From: a virus
Lineage: Duplodnaviria > Caudoviricetes
Virus record (IMG/VR): IMGVR_UViG_3300027365_000015
Coordinates: 1 to 57,224 of that record
Direction: 5' to 3' (one strand)
Length of the DNA: 57,224 nucleotides
The notes under the pieces were generated by a model. That model was not told the DNA's origin. It searched no databases and worked only from the letters and a program-made list of their open reading frames with translations. How positions within the stretch are numbered: position 1 is the stretch's first letter; the number at the start of each line of letters is the position of its first letter. Made by a program: the position numbers and the translations under genes. Below, piece by piece: positions 55,764-57,224 of the stretch.

Positions 55764-56016
55764 ATTACTAAACAGCATTAGCGATCTAGTCGAGTCCGCA
55801 TCTGACAGCATCCCCAATATCGCTATCAGCCATGAGGTCACTCACCACGCTGATTTTTTCGTTAGCCGAATCCACTGCTCGGGTCTTAACGGCAATACCC
55901 AGCACTACGCGTCGTCCGCCGATTTCCCGGAACTTGAGGGGCGCCCGTCTCTTACAGAGCAGCGCGACCAGCTCGCCGACTGGATCGCCGCCAATCGCAA
56001 GCAGGAGGCCGCATGA
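55738..56016 (+). CDS. Homolog of 2233-2544
   Basis: Shared C-terminus and SHEV motif. Confidence 0.7.
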   Translation: MKRTPDQRELLNSISDLVESASDSIPNIAISHEVTHHADFFVSRIHCSGLNGNTQHYASSADFPELEGRPSLTEQRDQLADWIAANRKQEAA

Positions 56017-56381
56017 ACCAGCAGGGATATGAACGCCTTATACGCAACCACGCCTATTGGGCAGGCCGCGTTCATGAGCTGAGACAGCGAGGGGCGGATG
56101 CACTGTTCCGCTGTGACCGAGAAGACAACAGCCCCGTCGAATCCTGCATTTCCCGCGCCTACCACGAATGGCAAGGAATCAACGAGGAGGAAGGACCCTA
56201 CAACCCAATCTCCTTTGAGGAGGTGTGGCAGGAAATGATCTGCGAGGGGCGTGTATGCCGGCACTGCCAGGAGGCTCGCGAGCTCAAGGCAGAGCGCATG
56301 GTGGCATCGCGTCGACTTGGCGCCGTTCGCGCCGCCATAACGCGTGTTGGCCGGAATCTGGCAATGAAGGAGGTCGCATGA
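56013..56381 (+). CDS. Hypothetical protein (CxxC)
   Basis: ATGA coupling. Confidence 0.65.
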   Translation: MNQQGYERLIRNHAYWAGRVHELRQRGADALFRCDREDNSPVESCISRAYHEWQGINEEEGPYNPISFEEVWQEMICEGRVCRHCQEARELKAERMVASRRLGAVRAAITRVGRNLAMKEVA

Positions 56382-56617
56382 GCGCAGCCATCGACATCAA
56401 CAGTACGTCTACGTATTTCCCGCAATTCGACCCAGATGCACCGCCCACCAGGTTCGAAGCGCTGATGGAAGGTGAGTGCGAAATCTCCGCCGAGCAGTTC
56501 GTCGACTGGCTGGCTGCCGAGGATAACCGCGAGACGCTCTATCACATGGTTGTCGACCGGCTAGGTGAGAGCGACGTAAAGGCCGCCGCGAAGGTATGGG
56601 CCGCCGAGCAGGAATGA
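56378..56617 (+). CDS. Hypothetical protein
   Basis: AAGGAGG RBS, ATGA coupling. Confidence 0.65.
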   Translation: MSAAIDINSTSTYFPQFDPDAPPTRFEALMEGECEISAEQFVDWLAAEDNRETLYHMVVDRLGESDVKAAAKVWAAEQE

Positions 56618-56689
56618 AGAGGCCCTGTCCAGGGTGAGGTCTGGGCAGGGCCGGACGATCCGAACACGAATCAATTGGAGCATATCACC

Positions 56690-57224
56690 ATGAGTCAGAG
56701 CATTGCACATCACCAGGAGGCTGCGCCACCGGCAGCGCCGGCACAGTCATCCAGCCAGTCGCTGATCCCGATGATAGACAAGCTGGTGGAGCGGCCAGAC
56801 TTCGACGTTGAGAAGCTGGAGCGCCTGCTGGATATGCAGGAACGCATCATGAACCGCTCCGCCATGGAGCAGTTCAACGCCGCTATGGCGATGATGCAGG
56901 ACGAAATGCCGAGCATCGCCGAGCGTGGCAAGGCCCATAACACCAAGTACGCCACGTTCGAGGACATCAACGACGTGGCCAAGCCGATCATGAAAAAGCA
57001 CGGCTTCGCGGTCAGCTTCCGTGTCCACAACATCCAGGGCGGCATCGAGGTAACCGGTGTGCTGATGCACAAGGGAGGGCATCGCGAGGAAACCACTATG
57101 ACCCTGCCGCTAGACAACAGTGGCAGTAAGAACGCGGTGCAGGCGGTGGGGTCAAGCGTCAGCTACGGCAAGCGCTATGTGATGGCAGCGCTGCTGAACA
57201 TCACCACGCGAGGCGAGGACGACG
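56690..57224 (+). CDS. erf: ERF-family single-strand annealing protein (truncated by window end)
   Basis: KLERLLDMQER; KYATFEDI...KP....G; KNAVQAVGSSVSYGKRY; EDD. Confidence 0.88.
   Translation, partial: MSQSIAHHQEAAPPAAPAQSSSQSLIPMIDKLVERPDFDVEKLERLLDMQERIMNRSAMEQFNAAMAMMQDEMPSIAERGKAHNTKYATFEDINDVAKPIMKKHGFAVSFRVHNIQGGIEVTGVLMHKGGHREETTMTLPLDNSGSKNAVQAVGSSVSYGKRYVMAALLNITTRGEDD

Overview
The window is entirely temperate-phage DNA, GC-rich and probably from a Halomonas-like gammaproteobacterial host (inferred). It has lambdoid early/replication genes and a podovirus-type virion module. Order: early-left operon A on + (boxA, structured leader, Sak/Rad52-like annealase, SSB, Lar-like gene, frameshifted SNF2-helicase/MTase, AlpA), then a P4-type tyrosine integrase. 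Next is an intact attP-like junction carrying an RBS plus the first 9 codons of a trpG/pabA-like gene, followed by a P22 immI-like ant/arc/mnt module and two morons. The late operon on - holds a 2501-aa polyvalent protein, ejection proteins, tail tip, a complete diversity-generating retroelement (target-avd-TR-RT; 15 TR/VR mismatches, all at TR adenines), adaptors, capsid, scaffold, portal, terminase and lysis genes. Then come a Q-like gene, nin genes, DnaB, an O-like initiator, Rha/KilAC and cro. Back-to-back promoters with no cI gene between them lead into a second, different early-left operon B with an ERF annealase. Least explained: (i) a modular array of cloverleaf/kissing-loop non-coding elements in the early leader, near-identical in both operons; (ii) the missing cI; (iii) the two alternative early operons (tandem hetero-prophages or chimeric assembly); (iv) a DDxxD isoprenoid-synthase-like gene beside the ejection proteins; (v) a tail-tip protein with a putative ultralong Cys-bracketed beta-hairpin. 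All calls come from motif recognition by eye; no searches were run.
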